From contig OZ219866.1 of assembly GCA_964291675.2 (NCBI GenBank), positions 1,376,001-1,440,000 on the forward strand: 64,000 bases of DNA, in the 5' to 3' direction. Source of the stretch: Alphaproteobacteria bacterium (GTDB taxonomy: Bacteria > Pseudomonadota > Alphaproteobacteria > MPNO01). The position numbers were made by a program, and so were the translations under genes. Below the pieces are notes generated by a model, which ran no database searches, was not told the DNA's origin, and was given only the letters and a program-made list of their open reading frames with translations. Positions 38,163 to 46,628 of this stretch are shown piece after piece (the first letter of the stretch is position 1; the number at the start of each line of letters is the position of its first letter).

Positions 38163-38412
38163 GGCGGTGCAAGGTTTTTTTCGAACGGTTCGGACAGTGC
38201 GGTCAGGTGCTGTCGTCTATGCGGCCTCTGCTTGCGGCCTGTGTGGCGCCGCGGGCCTGTATGGCATACGCGGATCGGGTCCAAATCGGGCACGCGTGCT
38301 CTTCGGCGCGCCGGATCAAGCTGGTTTTCCCGATCCCGTCTCATCGACCGTTTGTCCTTACCCGTCCTCAGACCTCGCCCGCACTGCCGACGGCGGCCCG
38401 CATCCGCCGCGC
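38163..38412 (-). ncRNA. Putative bridge/seek RNA region of IS110 copy 2
   Basis: Stem GGATCGGG/CCCGATCC encloses guides CTTGATCCG (38320-38312) and GTGCCCG (38293-38287); second loop with CCAT and CATAGACG (38221-38214); exact RNA ends unknown. Confidence 0.82.
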
Positions 38413-39444
38413 TCAGGCGGTGTTCGGCGCGGGCGCCCGGTAGCTCTGCTGTCTCGTGGTCATCGCCCAGGCGATGCGCGCGGTGCGGTTGGCCAGCGCC
38501 ACGGCGATCAGCTTCTTCGGCTTCCTGGTGGCCAGCATCCCGGCCAGCCACGGGTCGCGCACCGTGTCGTGGCGCCCGGCGCTGCGGACCACCGACATGG
38601 CGCCGAGCACCAGGAGCCGCCTGAGATCGCGCTGGCCCATCTTCGATATCCTGCCCAGCCGCGGCTTGCCGGCCGTCGTGTGCTGGCGCGGCACCAGCCC
38701 GAGCCAGGCCGAGAAGTCGCGCCCGCGGCGGAACCCGTCGAGCGGCGGCGCGAAGGCCTGGATCGCCATCGCGGTGACCGGCCCGACCCCCGGTATGGTC
38801 ATCAGCCGGCGCGCATCCGCATCCCGCCGCGCCTCGGCGCGCAGCTCCTTGTCGAGCTCGGCGACCTGTTCGTCCAGCCCGGCGATCTGCTCCAGCAGCA
38901 CCCCGGCGAGCTCGCCCACCCGGTCCGGCAGACCGGCCCGCGCAGCCTCCAGCGCCACCGCGAGCTTGCCGACACTCGCCGGACCCTTCGGCGCCACCAG
39001 CCCGAACTCCGCCAGATGGCCGCGCAGCGCGTCGAGCGCCTGGGTGCGCTGGCGCACCAGGAGATCGCGCACCCGGAACAGCATGCCGCGGCTCTGCTGC
39101 TCGGCCGTCTTCACCGCAACCAGGCTCATGGTCGGCCGCGACGCCGCCTCGCAGATCGCCGCCGCATCCGCCGCATCGTTCTTCTGGCGCTTCACGAAGG
39201 GCTTCACATAGACCGGCGGCACCAGCCGCACCTCATGGCCCAGATCGAGGATCTCGCGACCCCAGTGATGCGCGCCCCCGCACGCCTCCATCGCCACCAC
39301 GCAGCGCGGCTGACGCGCCAGAAAGGCGAGCAGCCTGCCGCGGCTCAGCGTCCGGCGGAAACCCACCGAGCCGTCCGCGCACATCCCGTGCAGCTGAAAA
39401 CTCCGCTTCGAAAGATCGATCCCGATCATGCTAACCTCGGCCAT
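38413..39444 (-). CDS. IS110-family DEDD recombinase/transposase
   Basis: Same protein as 15874-16905 except one V/L difference seen. Confidence 0.97.
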   Translation of the reverse strand: MAEVSMIGIDLSKRSFQLHGMCADGSVGFRRTLSRGRLLAFLARQPRCVVAMEACGGAHHWGREILDLGHEVRLVPPVYVKPFVKRQKNDAADAAAICEAASRPTMSLVAVKTAEQQSRGMLFRVRDLLVRQRTQALDALRGHLAEFGLVAPKGPASVGKLAVALEAARAGLPDRVGELAGVLLEQIAGLDEQVAELDKELRAEARRDADARRLMTIPGVGPVTAMAIQAFAPPLDGFRRGRDFSAWLGLVPRQHTTAGKPRLGRISKMGQRDLRRLLVLGAMSVVRSAGRHDTVRDPWLAGMLATRKPKKLIAVALANRTARIAWAMTTRQQSYRAPAPNTA

Positions 39445-39523
39445 GGATGCTCCCTCCTCCAAGTGGGTTGATGACACCGCCACTTTGGCACACAGATGCC
39501 GTCGGAGGGGGCGTCCACTCCAT

Positions 39524-39713
39524 CGGGCACCCACTGGCGCCGCCGCCCCTCTCGTCGGACCGTCGTGCGGGCGGAGAGGCCGCGTGGATGGCCGGATCAA
39601 GTCCGGCCATGACGTAGGGGTGACAGCGGGAGCGGAGATGCAGATGCTCACGGGCGCGGAGCCCGCGTCGAAGGCTAAACCGGACAGCAGTGGAACAAGT
39701 CCGGCCATGACGG
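39524..39713. repeat. Family B element remainder plus a second truncated arm with the 17-bp conserved end
   Basis: CGGGCACCCA...TGGATGGCCGGATCAAGTCCGGCCATGAC; AAACCGGACAGCAGTGG-AACAAGTCCGGCCATGAC. Confidence 0.85.
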
Positions 39714-39737
39714 CTTGGCGGAATGGACCGACCCGGC

Positions 39738-40505
39738 CTAGATCGCCCGGTAGCCGCCGTCGGCCATGACGATGCCGCCGGTGACGTAGCCGGCGAGGTC
39801 GGAGGCGAGGAAGATGGCGGGGCCCACGATGTCCTCGGGCTTGCCGGTGCGCCCGAGCGGGGTGTGGTCGAGGAAGAGTTTTACGAGCTCCGGGTTGCGC
39901 GCCCGGGCGGCGGCGTTCAGCGGGGTCTCGATCAGCCCGGGGCCGATCGCGTTGACCCGCACCCCGTCCTTGCCGAGCTCGGCGGCGAGCGCGCGGGTGA
40001 AGCCGAGCACGCCGTGCTTGGAGGTGGTGTAGGCGATGCTGTTGGGCGTCCTGACATGCAGGAAGGACTGGATCGAGCCGATATTGACCACCCGCCCGCG
40101 ATTGGCGCGGAGCTGGCCGAGGAAGGCCCGGGTGACGTTGAACACGCCGTCGAGGTTGACCCGCATGATGTCGTCCCAATCGCCCGCCACCGCCGCTGCA
40201 TCGCCGGTGACCGGGTTGCGCCGGTTGATGCCGGCGTTGTTGACCAGGATCGAGATCTCGCCGATGGAGCCGGCGATGTCCGCGGCGGCCGCCACGCAGG
40301 CGGCGCGGTCGCGCACGTCGAGCGTCATCGCATGCGCGGCGTGTCCGGCCCCGGCGATCTCGTCCCGCACCGCTTGCGCCGCCGCGCCGTCGATGTCGAG
40401 CACGACCACCTCGGCGCCCTGATCCGCATAGCCCAGCGCGATCGCGCGGCCGATCCCGGAAGCGCCGCCGGTGACCGCGGCGCGGTGTCCTTCGAGCAGG
40501 TTCAT
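39738..40505 (-). CDS. SDR family oxidoreductase
   Basis: TGGASGIG, NNAG, YTTSK, VNAIGPG. Confidence 0.95.
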   Translation of the reverse strand: MNLLEGHRAAVTGGASGIGRAIALGYADQGAEVVVLDIDGAAAQAVRDEIAGAGHAAHAMTLDVRDRAACVAAAADIAGSIGEISILVNNAGINRRNPVTGDAAAVAGDWDDIMRVNLDGVFNVTRAFLGQLRANRGRVVNIGSIQSFLHVRTPNSIAYTTSKHGVLGFTRALAAELGKDGVRVNAIGPGLIETPLNAAARARNPELVKLFLDHTPLGRTGKPEDIVGPAIFLASDLAGYVTGGIVMADGGYRAI

Positions 40506-40556
40506 TCGGTTTCCTTTCGATCCGCTGTCCGCTTGCGGAGACCTCTCGAGACCGGA

Positions 40557-41111
40557 TCACCCGCGCGGCGGCGGTACGGCGGCGACTGCCGCAGCCGCCC
40601 AGTCCGGAAGAACTTCTGCGGTCCACCATGTCCCGGCCATGAATATGGCAACCTCGCGGTGGGGCAAGTCCGGGTCGGTGTTGTCGTAAAGCAAGACCTC
40701 GTCGGCCCGCGCAATCGCGACAGGGAGGTTCTCCAGCGATCGCGCAAATCGCCGCCGCACGTCCGATTCCGGAACGTCATGGCCGCCGAGCGCGACCCGA
40801 TTGCGGATGCGGTCGAGTGACTGGTCGGGGGATTCGACACACACATAATGCAGAACGACGCGATAACCGGCGCTTCGTGCCGTCTCCATGAGACGTAGGG
40901 GGCCGGAACCGGCGAGAGTGGTCTCGACCGCGAGTGTTCGGCCTTCCGCGATCGCCGTCCGCCGGCGCCTCAACGCTTCGCGGCCCGCCGCGCCGGGGGC
41001 GTCGGCCAAGGCGTCGGGATCGATCACCTCTACCCCGTGGAACCACCGGGTGCGCGTCAGGGTCGATTTTCCGCACCCGTTCGGTCCGGCGACGACAACG
41101 AGCGTCGGCAC
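40557..41111 (-). CDS. Zeta-toxin/AAA_33-like P-loop protein
   Basis: AGPNGCGKST, ETTLAG, RVALGGHDVP, YDNT. Confidence 0.88.
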   Translation of the reverse strand: MPTLVVVAGPNGCGKSTLTRTRWFHGVEVIDPDALADAPGAAGREALRRRRTAIAEGRTLAVETTLAGSGPLRLMETARSAGYRVVLHYVCVESPDQSLDRIRNRVALGGHDVPESDVRRRFARSLENLPVAIARADEVLLYDNTDPDLPHREVAIFMAGTWWTAEVLPDWAAAAVAAVPPPRG

Positions 41112-41135
41112 GGCGGAAAACCCAGACAGGTGGAT

Positions 41136-41339
41136 TCAGGCGGACTTGCCGGCAGGCGGCCGGATCACCCGGTCGCCATGCTTGGTTCGAGCGATATAGG
41201 CGCCGTCCGAGCGAACGCCGTACAGCGTGCCTCCGGCGTCGAGCTGAGCCGCGAGGTCTGCCTTGATCTGCTCACGCCAGTCCTTGGGGCGCCCGGGCAC
41301 ATCCGGCATCGGCCCCACCGTTTCCTTGCGCTTCAACAT
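41136..41339 (-). CDS. Small hypothetical protein, candidate partner of the P-loop protein
   Basis: MLKRKETVGP...LYGVRSDGAYIART; directly upstream and co-oriented. Confidence 0.55.
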   Translation of the reverse strand: MLKRKETVGPMPDVPGRPKDWREQIKADLAAQLDAGGTLYGVRSDGAYIARTKHGDRVIRPPAGKSA

Positions 41340-41398
41340 GCCAGTCAATCTAGGTCCGATCCACCCGGCATTCAATACGTTGCGACTGGACTCGCCGC

Positions 41399-41884
41399 CT
41401 ACCAGAACCCCTCGTGGACCCGCGCCGACTCCGCCTCCAGCAGCGGCCCCACGACCTCGACCTCGCGCTGGCCGGCGGCGAACACGGTGCGGCAGGGGAG
41501 GTCGAGGGTGAGGTTCTCGGGGTGCGGGCCGATCAGCGCCTTGAGCGCCTGCTCGCTCATCCCATGCACCACCCGGCCGATGCCCGCCCAGTAGGCGGCG
41601 CCGGCGCACATCGCGCAGGGCTCGGCGCTGGCATACATGGTGCAGCGCGCCAGGAAATCGGCGCCGTGGGCGATCGAGGCCCGGGTCATCAGCGTGCGCT
41701 CGGCATGGCCGGTGGCGTCGCCGTCCACGCCGAAGGCGTTCATCGCCTCCATCAGCACCGCGCCGTCGGGCCCGACCAGGATGGCGCCGAAGGGGTGGTT
41801 GCCCGCGCGCCGCGATTTCTCCGCCACGTCTATGGCAAGGCGCAGGAAATGCTCGTGGTCGAGGTCGGGGAGTCCCCCGCTCAC
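41399..41884 (-). CDS. Nucleoside deaminase (cytidine/guanine deaminase family)
   Basis: PFGAIL, HAE, EPCAMC; GTG start overlaps the upstream TGA. Confidence 0.93.
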   Translation of the reverse strand: MSGGLPDLDHEHFLRLAIDVAEKSRRAGNHPFGAILVGPDGAVLMEAMNAFGVDGDATGHAERTLMTRASIAHGADFLARCTMYASAEPCAMCAGAAYWAGIGRVVHGMSEQALKALIGPHPENLTLDLPCRTVFAAGQREVEVVGPLLEAESARVHEGFW

Positions 41885-42933
41885 GCCCGCCGTTCCTCGC
41901 CGTAGAGCCGGCGGACCATGCGCCGCATGCGGAGCAAGGGCTCGTCGGCCGGGATGGTGCCGCGCGGGTTCACGTCCTCGCCCTTCGTCTCGGGGTCGAG
42001 GTCGATCGCCCGCTGCTGCGCCTCGTAGACCGCGAGGTCCTCGGCCAGCACGCCCATCATCTGCTCGGTGAACGTCGCCTCCATGCGCGGCGGCACCATC
42101 GAGCGGTGACCCGCCACCGCGTAGAACTGGTGGGTGGTGGTCTCGGTCTCGGGCGTCAGCGCGTGGTAGACCACGAAGCCCCAGCGCCCCTGGCTCGACG
42201 GGCGCTGTTCCTGCGGCAGCCCCTCGCCGGCCGGGGTCGAGCCGTTGCAGATGTCGATATAGGACGGCGGGATGTATTTCGAGACCTGCCAGCGGTCGAT
42301 CGGCCCGTCGTCGCCGGTGTACTGGACGAAGGCCGGCGCCGGCGGGATGCCCTCCATCCAGCGGGTGACGCGGACGAAATCGTCGCCGTCCTCGACGATC
42401 AGCGTCGCCTCCTCCGCCAGAGCACGGTTGCCGGTGGTCGACGAATGGACGTAGGTCAGGTGCGAAAGGTCGAGCAGATTGTCGAGCACCAGCCGGTAGC
42501 CGCCCTTGACCAGCGTCTGGCCGGTGACGGCGTACCAGTCGGGATCGGCGAGCTTCGCGTGGTAGTCGGGCACCAGGTCGGGGTCGGCGTCCGCCGGATC
42601 GCCCATCCAGACGAACACCCAGCGGTCGCGCTCGGCGACCGGGTAGGCCTTCACCCTTGCCCAGCCCGGCACCTCCTGCTGCCCGGGCACGTGGGTGCAG
42701 ACCCCGTCGCGGCCGAACACCAGCCCGTGATAGCCGCACTCGATCTCGTCGCCGTCGAGCCGGCCTTCCGACAGCGGCAGGTTGCGGTGCGCGCAGCGGT
42801 TCTCCAGCGCCACCGGCACCCCGTCGAGGCCGCGGAACAGCATCACGTAGTCGCCGAGCAGCACCCGGGCGAGCGGCGTCCGGCCGACATCCTCCGACCA
42901 GGCCGCGACGTACCAGTGGTTTCTCAAGAGCAC
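41881..42933 (-). CDS. Rieske oxygenase alpha subunit (VanA-like)
   Basis: LRNHWYVAA, CAHR...CGYHG, DNLLDLSHLTYVH, ALTPET. Confidence 0.94.
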   Translation of the reverse strand: MLLRNHWYVAAWSEDVGRTPLARVLLGDYVMLFRGLDGVPVALENRCAHRNLPLSEGRLDGDEIECGYHGLVFGRDGVCTHVPGQQEVPGWARVKAYPVAERDRWVFVWMGDPADADPDLVPDYHAKLADPDWYAVTGQTLVKGGYRLVLDNLLDLSHLTYVHSSTTGNRALAEEATLIVEDGDDFVRVTRWMEGIPPAPAFVQYTGDDGPIDRWQVSKYIPPSYIDICNGSTPAGEGLPQEQRPSSQGRWGFVVYHALTPETETTTHQFYAVAGHRSMVPPRMEATFTEQMMGVLAEDLAVYEAQQRAIDLDPETKGEDVNPRGTIPADEPLLRMRRMVRRLYGEERRA

Positions 42934-43103
42934 CGCGTCTTCCCCCCAGCACCGTGGAGCGCGAAAACCCTAGGGGCGGCGCGGCGAGAGTGTCAACAAG
43001 CCGCCCGACTCGGGTGACATCGGGACGGTTGCGCGGCCGCGGTTCGACGGGGCGCCGAAATGGGTTAGTCTCGCGGCAGCAGGAAACCGGACGGGAGAAG
43101 GTC

Positions 43104-43478
43104 ATGTCGCTGGTCGCGCTTGCCACCAAGGGGAACTACTTCCACGTCTACGATTTCCGGGTGAAGCCGGGCACCGGGGACGAGTTCATCGAGAAATTCG
43201 ACACGTTCGACTATTCCGACGACAACCCGATGCACAAGTCGCCGGCCCAGGTGAAGGACGGGGTGCTGTGCCGCGACACCGAGGACCCGGACCACTTCTA
43301 CCTGATCGGCGAATGGTCCGACATCGATGTGCACGCGAAGATCCGCCGGCAGCTCGCCGCCATGAACCTCGAATTCGTCACCCTGATCGAGGACCTCGAC
43401 AAGGGCGCGTTCGTGCCGACCTATGCCGAGATCGTCTCCTCGACGCCGCAGAGCGTGCTCGATTCGGCGGCGGAGTAG
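43104..43478 (+). CDS. Antibiotic-biosynthesis-monooxygenase-like (dimeric alpha/beta barrel) protein
   Basis: FRVKPG..DEF, LCRDTEDPDHFYLIGEW. Confidence 0.7.
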   Translation: MSLVALATKGNYFHVYDFRVKPGTGDEFIEKFDTFDYSDDNPMHKSPAQVKDGVLCRDTEDPDHFYLIGEWSDIDVHAKIRRQLAAMNLEFVTLIEDLDKGAFVPTYAEIVSSTPQSVLDSAAE

Positions 43479-43560
43479 GGCGCCGGCCGCGCGTCTGTTC
43501 GCGCCGTTTCGGCTCCGCTACACTCCCGCCGACCAACCGGCCGATGCAAGGGAGGACAAC

Positions 43561-44640
43561 ATGCGTTTCGGAACCACCGCGACGGCGGCGCTCGCGGGCG
43601 CGGCGCTCGCCGTTCTGCTCGCGGCCCCCGCCGCCAATGCCCAGAAGACGATCTCGCTCACCGCGGTCGACGGCTACCCGCCGCGCGCGCTGCAGGTCAG
43701 GACCTTCCTCAGCTTCCTGATTCCCGAGGTCGACAAGCGGCTCGCCAAATCGGGCGAGTACAAGATCGACTGGAACAAGGCCTTCGCCGGCCAGATCGTC
43801 AAGGTCCGCCATGTCATGACCGGCATGCAGAAGGGGCTCGGCGATATCGGCGTGGTCACCAGCGTGTTCCACCAGGACAAGGTGCCGATGCAGGCGGTCG
43901 CCTATGTGACGCCGTTCGTCACCGCCGATCCGGTGCTGCTGTCGCGCAGCGTCGACGAGCTCGCCGAGACCTTCCCGGCGATGAAACAGGCCTGGATGAA
44001 GTACAACCAGGTGCTGCTGTCGAGCTTCTCGGTGATCGACACCTACCAGATGTTCTTCCGCAAGCGGATCACCAAGCTGGAGCAGTTCAAGGGGCTCAAG
44101 ATCGCCGGCGCCGGGATCAACATGCGCTACCTCACGGGGACGGGCGCGACGCCGGTGATCGGCTCGATGGTGCACTACTACAACAAGTTCAAGACCGGCG
44201 CGATCGACGGCTCGATGCTGTGGACCGACGCCGCCGTGGCCTTCAAGCTGGTCGAGGGCGCGAAGTTCATGCTCAAGGCCGATATCGGCACCGCCAACTC
44301 CAAGGCGCTGACCATGAACGCCAAGGCCTACAAGCGGCTGCCCGCCGCGGTGCGCGACGTGATCCACGCGGTGTCCGCCGATTACCGCGACCACACCGCG
44401 CAGCAGTCGATCGACGACGCCGACAAGGCCTACGCGAACTACAAGGCCAAGGGCGGCGAGATCATCCAGATGTCGCAGGCCGCGCGCGAGAACTGGGCCA
44501 AGACGATGCCCAATATCGCCAAGGACTGGGCCGGCAAGCTGGACGCGCAGGGGCTCCCCGGGACCAAGCTGCTGATGGCCTATATGGACAAGATGCGGGC
44601 CGCCAAGCAGCCGATCATCCGGCACTGGGACAAGGAGTAG
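43561..44640 (+). CDS. dctP: TRAP transporter substrate-binding protein
   Basis: Signal peptide, GLGDIGVV, FKGLKIAGAG; followed by dctQ and dctM. Confidence 0.9.
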   Translation: MRFGTTATAALAGAALAVLLAAPAANAQKTISLTAVDGYPPRALQVRTFLSFLIPEVDKRLAKSGEYKIDWNKAFAGQIVKVRHVMTGMQKGLGDIGVVTSVFHQDKVPMQAVAYVTPFVTADPVLLSRSVDELAETFPAMKQAWMKYNQVLLSSFSVIDTYQMFFRKRITKLEQFKGLKIAGAGINMRYLTGTGATPVIGSMVHYYNKFKTGAIDGSMLWTDAAVAFKLVEGAKFMLKADIGTANSKALTMNAKAYKRLPAAVRDVIHAVSADYRDHTAQQSIDDADKAYANYKAKGGEIIQMSQAARENWAKTMPNIAKDWAGKLDAQGLPGTKLLMAYMDKMRAAKQPIIRHWDKE

Positions 44641-44645
44641 ACGCG

Positions 44646-45200
44646 CTGGCGGATAGCGCGCCGCGCGCCGGGAAGGACCGTCCCCGGGGCGCGGCGTTGC
44701 GCGCCTTCTCCGCGCTGGTCGGCGGCATGAACGCCGCCGGCTCGTGCTGGATCGTGGTGCTGATGCTGCTGATCAACGCCGAGGCGATCAGCCGCTCGGC
44801 GTTCAACGCGCCGATCATCGGCGTGATCGAGATGATCGAGATCTCGATCATCGGCATCGTCTTCATGCAGCTCGCGGATTCGCTGCGCCGCGGCGTGCTG
44901 ACCCGCTCGGACGGGCTGTTCAACCAGGTGATGCGGCGCCGCCCGAAAGCGGGTCACGGCATGGCCGTCGCGACCTTTCTGCTCGGCACAATCTTCATGG
45001 GGCTGATCATCTGGGGCAGCGTGCCGTTCTTCTTCGAGTCCTGGGAGAACGATTACTATATCGGCGTCGAGGGCATGTTCACCGCCCCGGTCTGGCCGGT
45101 CGCGCTGATCATCGTCATCGCCGTGGTCGTCACCATGGTGCAGTTCGCGATCATGCTCGCCGACCACTGGCGTGCCATGACCGGCCGGGCGCGGGGCTGA
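44646..45200 (+). CDS. dctQ: TRAP transporter small permease (start CTG 44646 or ATG 44727)
   Basis: Four TM helices, FNAPIIGVIE, FTAPVWP. Confidence 0.88.
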   Translation: MADSAPRAGKDRPRGAALRAFSALVGGMNAAGSCWIVVLMLLINAEAISRSAFNAPIIGVIEMIEISIIGIVFMQLADSLRRGVLTRSDGLFNQVMRRRPKAGHGMAVATFLLGTIFMGLIIWGSVPFFFESWENDYYIGVEGMFTAPVWPVALIIVIAVVVTMVQFAIMLADHWRAMTGRARG

Positions 45201-45206
45201 GGCGCG

Positions 45207-46520
45207 GTGGGCGTCGAAGTCGGGATCGCCTCGGTCGTCGCCATCCTGGTGCTGATCTATGCCGGCATCCACGTCGCTGTCGCGCTCGGCCTGGTCTCCT
45301 TCATCGGGGTCTGGATCTATCGCGGTTCCATCGACGTGGCGATCAACCTGCTGGCCGCGGCCACCCACGACACCATCGCGCACGCGGTGTTCGCCAACAT
45401 CCCGCTCTTCGCCCTGATGGGGATCGTCGCCGCCGAGATCGGGCTCGGCGCCGACGTCTACCGGGTGGCCGACCAGATGTTCCGCCGGGTGCGGGGCGGG
45501 CTCGGCATGGCGACGGTGGCGGCGAACGCGCTGTTCGCCTCGATCACCGGCTCGTCGATCGCCTCGGCCTCGGTATTCACCCGCATCGCGGTGCCGGAAA
45601 TGCGCCGCTTCGGCTACACGCGGCAGTTCTCGGTCGGCGTGGTCGCCGGCTCCTCGGTGCTCGGCATGCTGATCCCGCCGTCCTCGATGCTGATCATCTA
45701 CGCCATCGTCGCCGAGGTGTCGGTCGGGCACATGTTCATCGCCGGCTTCATCCCGGGTGTCATCCTCTCGATCGCCTTCATCCTCGGCATCGTGCTGATG
45801 GCCCGGGTCCTTCCCAAATTCATCTCCGAGGAGACGCTGGTCGGCGTCGTCGACGAAGGCGAGACGATGAGCCTGCTGGAGATGTGCTGGCTGCTGCTGC
45901 CGGTCGCCTTCCTGGTCGTCCTCGTGCTGGGCGGGATCTACACCGGCTGGTTCTCGCCCGAGGAGGCGGGCGCGGCGGGCTCGGCCGGCGCGCTCGCCAT
46001 CGGCGTCTTGAAGCGGCGGCTGACCTGGCGCGGGCTCTGGCGGGTCCTCGTCGAGACCGGGCAGATCACCGCCGCCATCCTGTTCCTGATCATCGCCGCC
46101 TCGATGTACAGCCGCATGCTGGGCGTAGCCGCGCTGCCCACCCAGTTCAGCGACTGGCTGGCCAGCATGAATTTCGACATGGTCGGGCTGATGGCGATCT
46201 ACGTGATCCTGATGGTCCTGCTGGGGACCATCATCGAGACCGCCTCGATCATCCTGATCGTGGTGCCGCTGTTCCTGACCTCGGTCGAGGCGCTCGGCGG
46301 CAACATCGTCTGGTTCGGCATCGTCACCGTGATCGGCGCCGAGATCGGCCTCTTGACCCCGCCGCTCGGCATCTCGTGCTTCACCATCAAGAGCACGATC
46401 CGGGACAAGTCGATCACGCTCGCGCACATCTTCACCGGCGCGTTCCCCTTCGCCTTCATCATGCTGCTGGTGCTGATCCTGATCATCGCCTACCCGGTGC
46501 TCAGCCTGGCGCTGCTATAG
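45207..46520 (+). CDS. dctM: TRAP transporter large permease
   Basis: TGSSIASA, SSVLGMLIPPS, GLLTPPLG. Confidence 0.95.
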   Translation: MGVEVGIASVVAILVLIYAGIHVAVALGLVSFIGVWIYRGSIDVAINLLAAATHDTIAHAVFANIPLFALMGIVAAEIGLGADVYRVADQMFRRVRGGLGMATVAANALFASITGSSIASASVFTRIAVPEMRRFGYTRQFSVGVVAGSSVLGMLIPPSSMLIIYAIVAEVSVGHMFIAGFIPGVILSIAFILGIVLMARVLPKFISEETLVGVVDEGETMSLLEMCWLLLPVAFLVVLVLGGIYTGWFSPEEAGAAGSAGALAIGVLKRRLTWRGLWRVLVETGQITAAILFLIIAASMYSRMLGVAALPTQFSDWLASMNFDMVGLMAIYVILMVLLGTIIETASIILIVVPLFLTSVEALGGNIVWFGIVTVIGAEIGLLTPPLGISCFTIKSTIRDKSITLAHIFTGAFPFAFIMLLVLILIIAYPVLSLALL

Positions 46521-46564
46521 GGCGCGCGGCCGAGCGGAGAAATCTCGCCGCCATTGCCACACGT

Positions 46565-46628
46565 CGTCATGGCGGGACCGAGTCCGGCCATGACGGGCGG
46601 GGCGGCGGCGAAGCCGCGTATCGAGGGG
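46565..46628. repeat. Family B hairpin plus family A fragment between convergent genes (possible terminator)
   Basis: CGTCATGGC..GGCCATGACG hairpin, then GCGAAGCCGCGTATCGAGGG. Confidence 0.65.

Larger units (their letters stand above)
38148..39523 (-). mobile_element. IS110 family (IS1111 subgroup) insertion sequence, copy 2, apparently intact
   Basis: IRs at 38152-38162 and 39507-39517; CG core at 38146-38147 and 39524-39525; near-identical to copy 1. Confidence 0.96.

Noticed and set aside
38413-40629. 738-aa transposase fusion ORF (and the 416-aa version at 15655)
   Set aside because: The upstream extensions lie outside the IS ends; starts with RBS are at 39444 and 15874.
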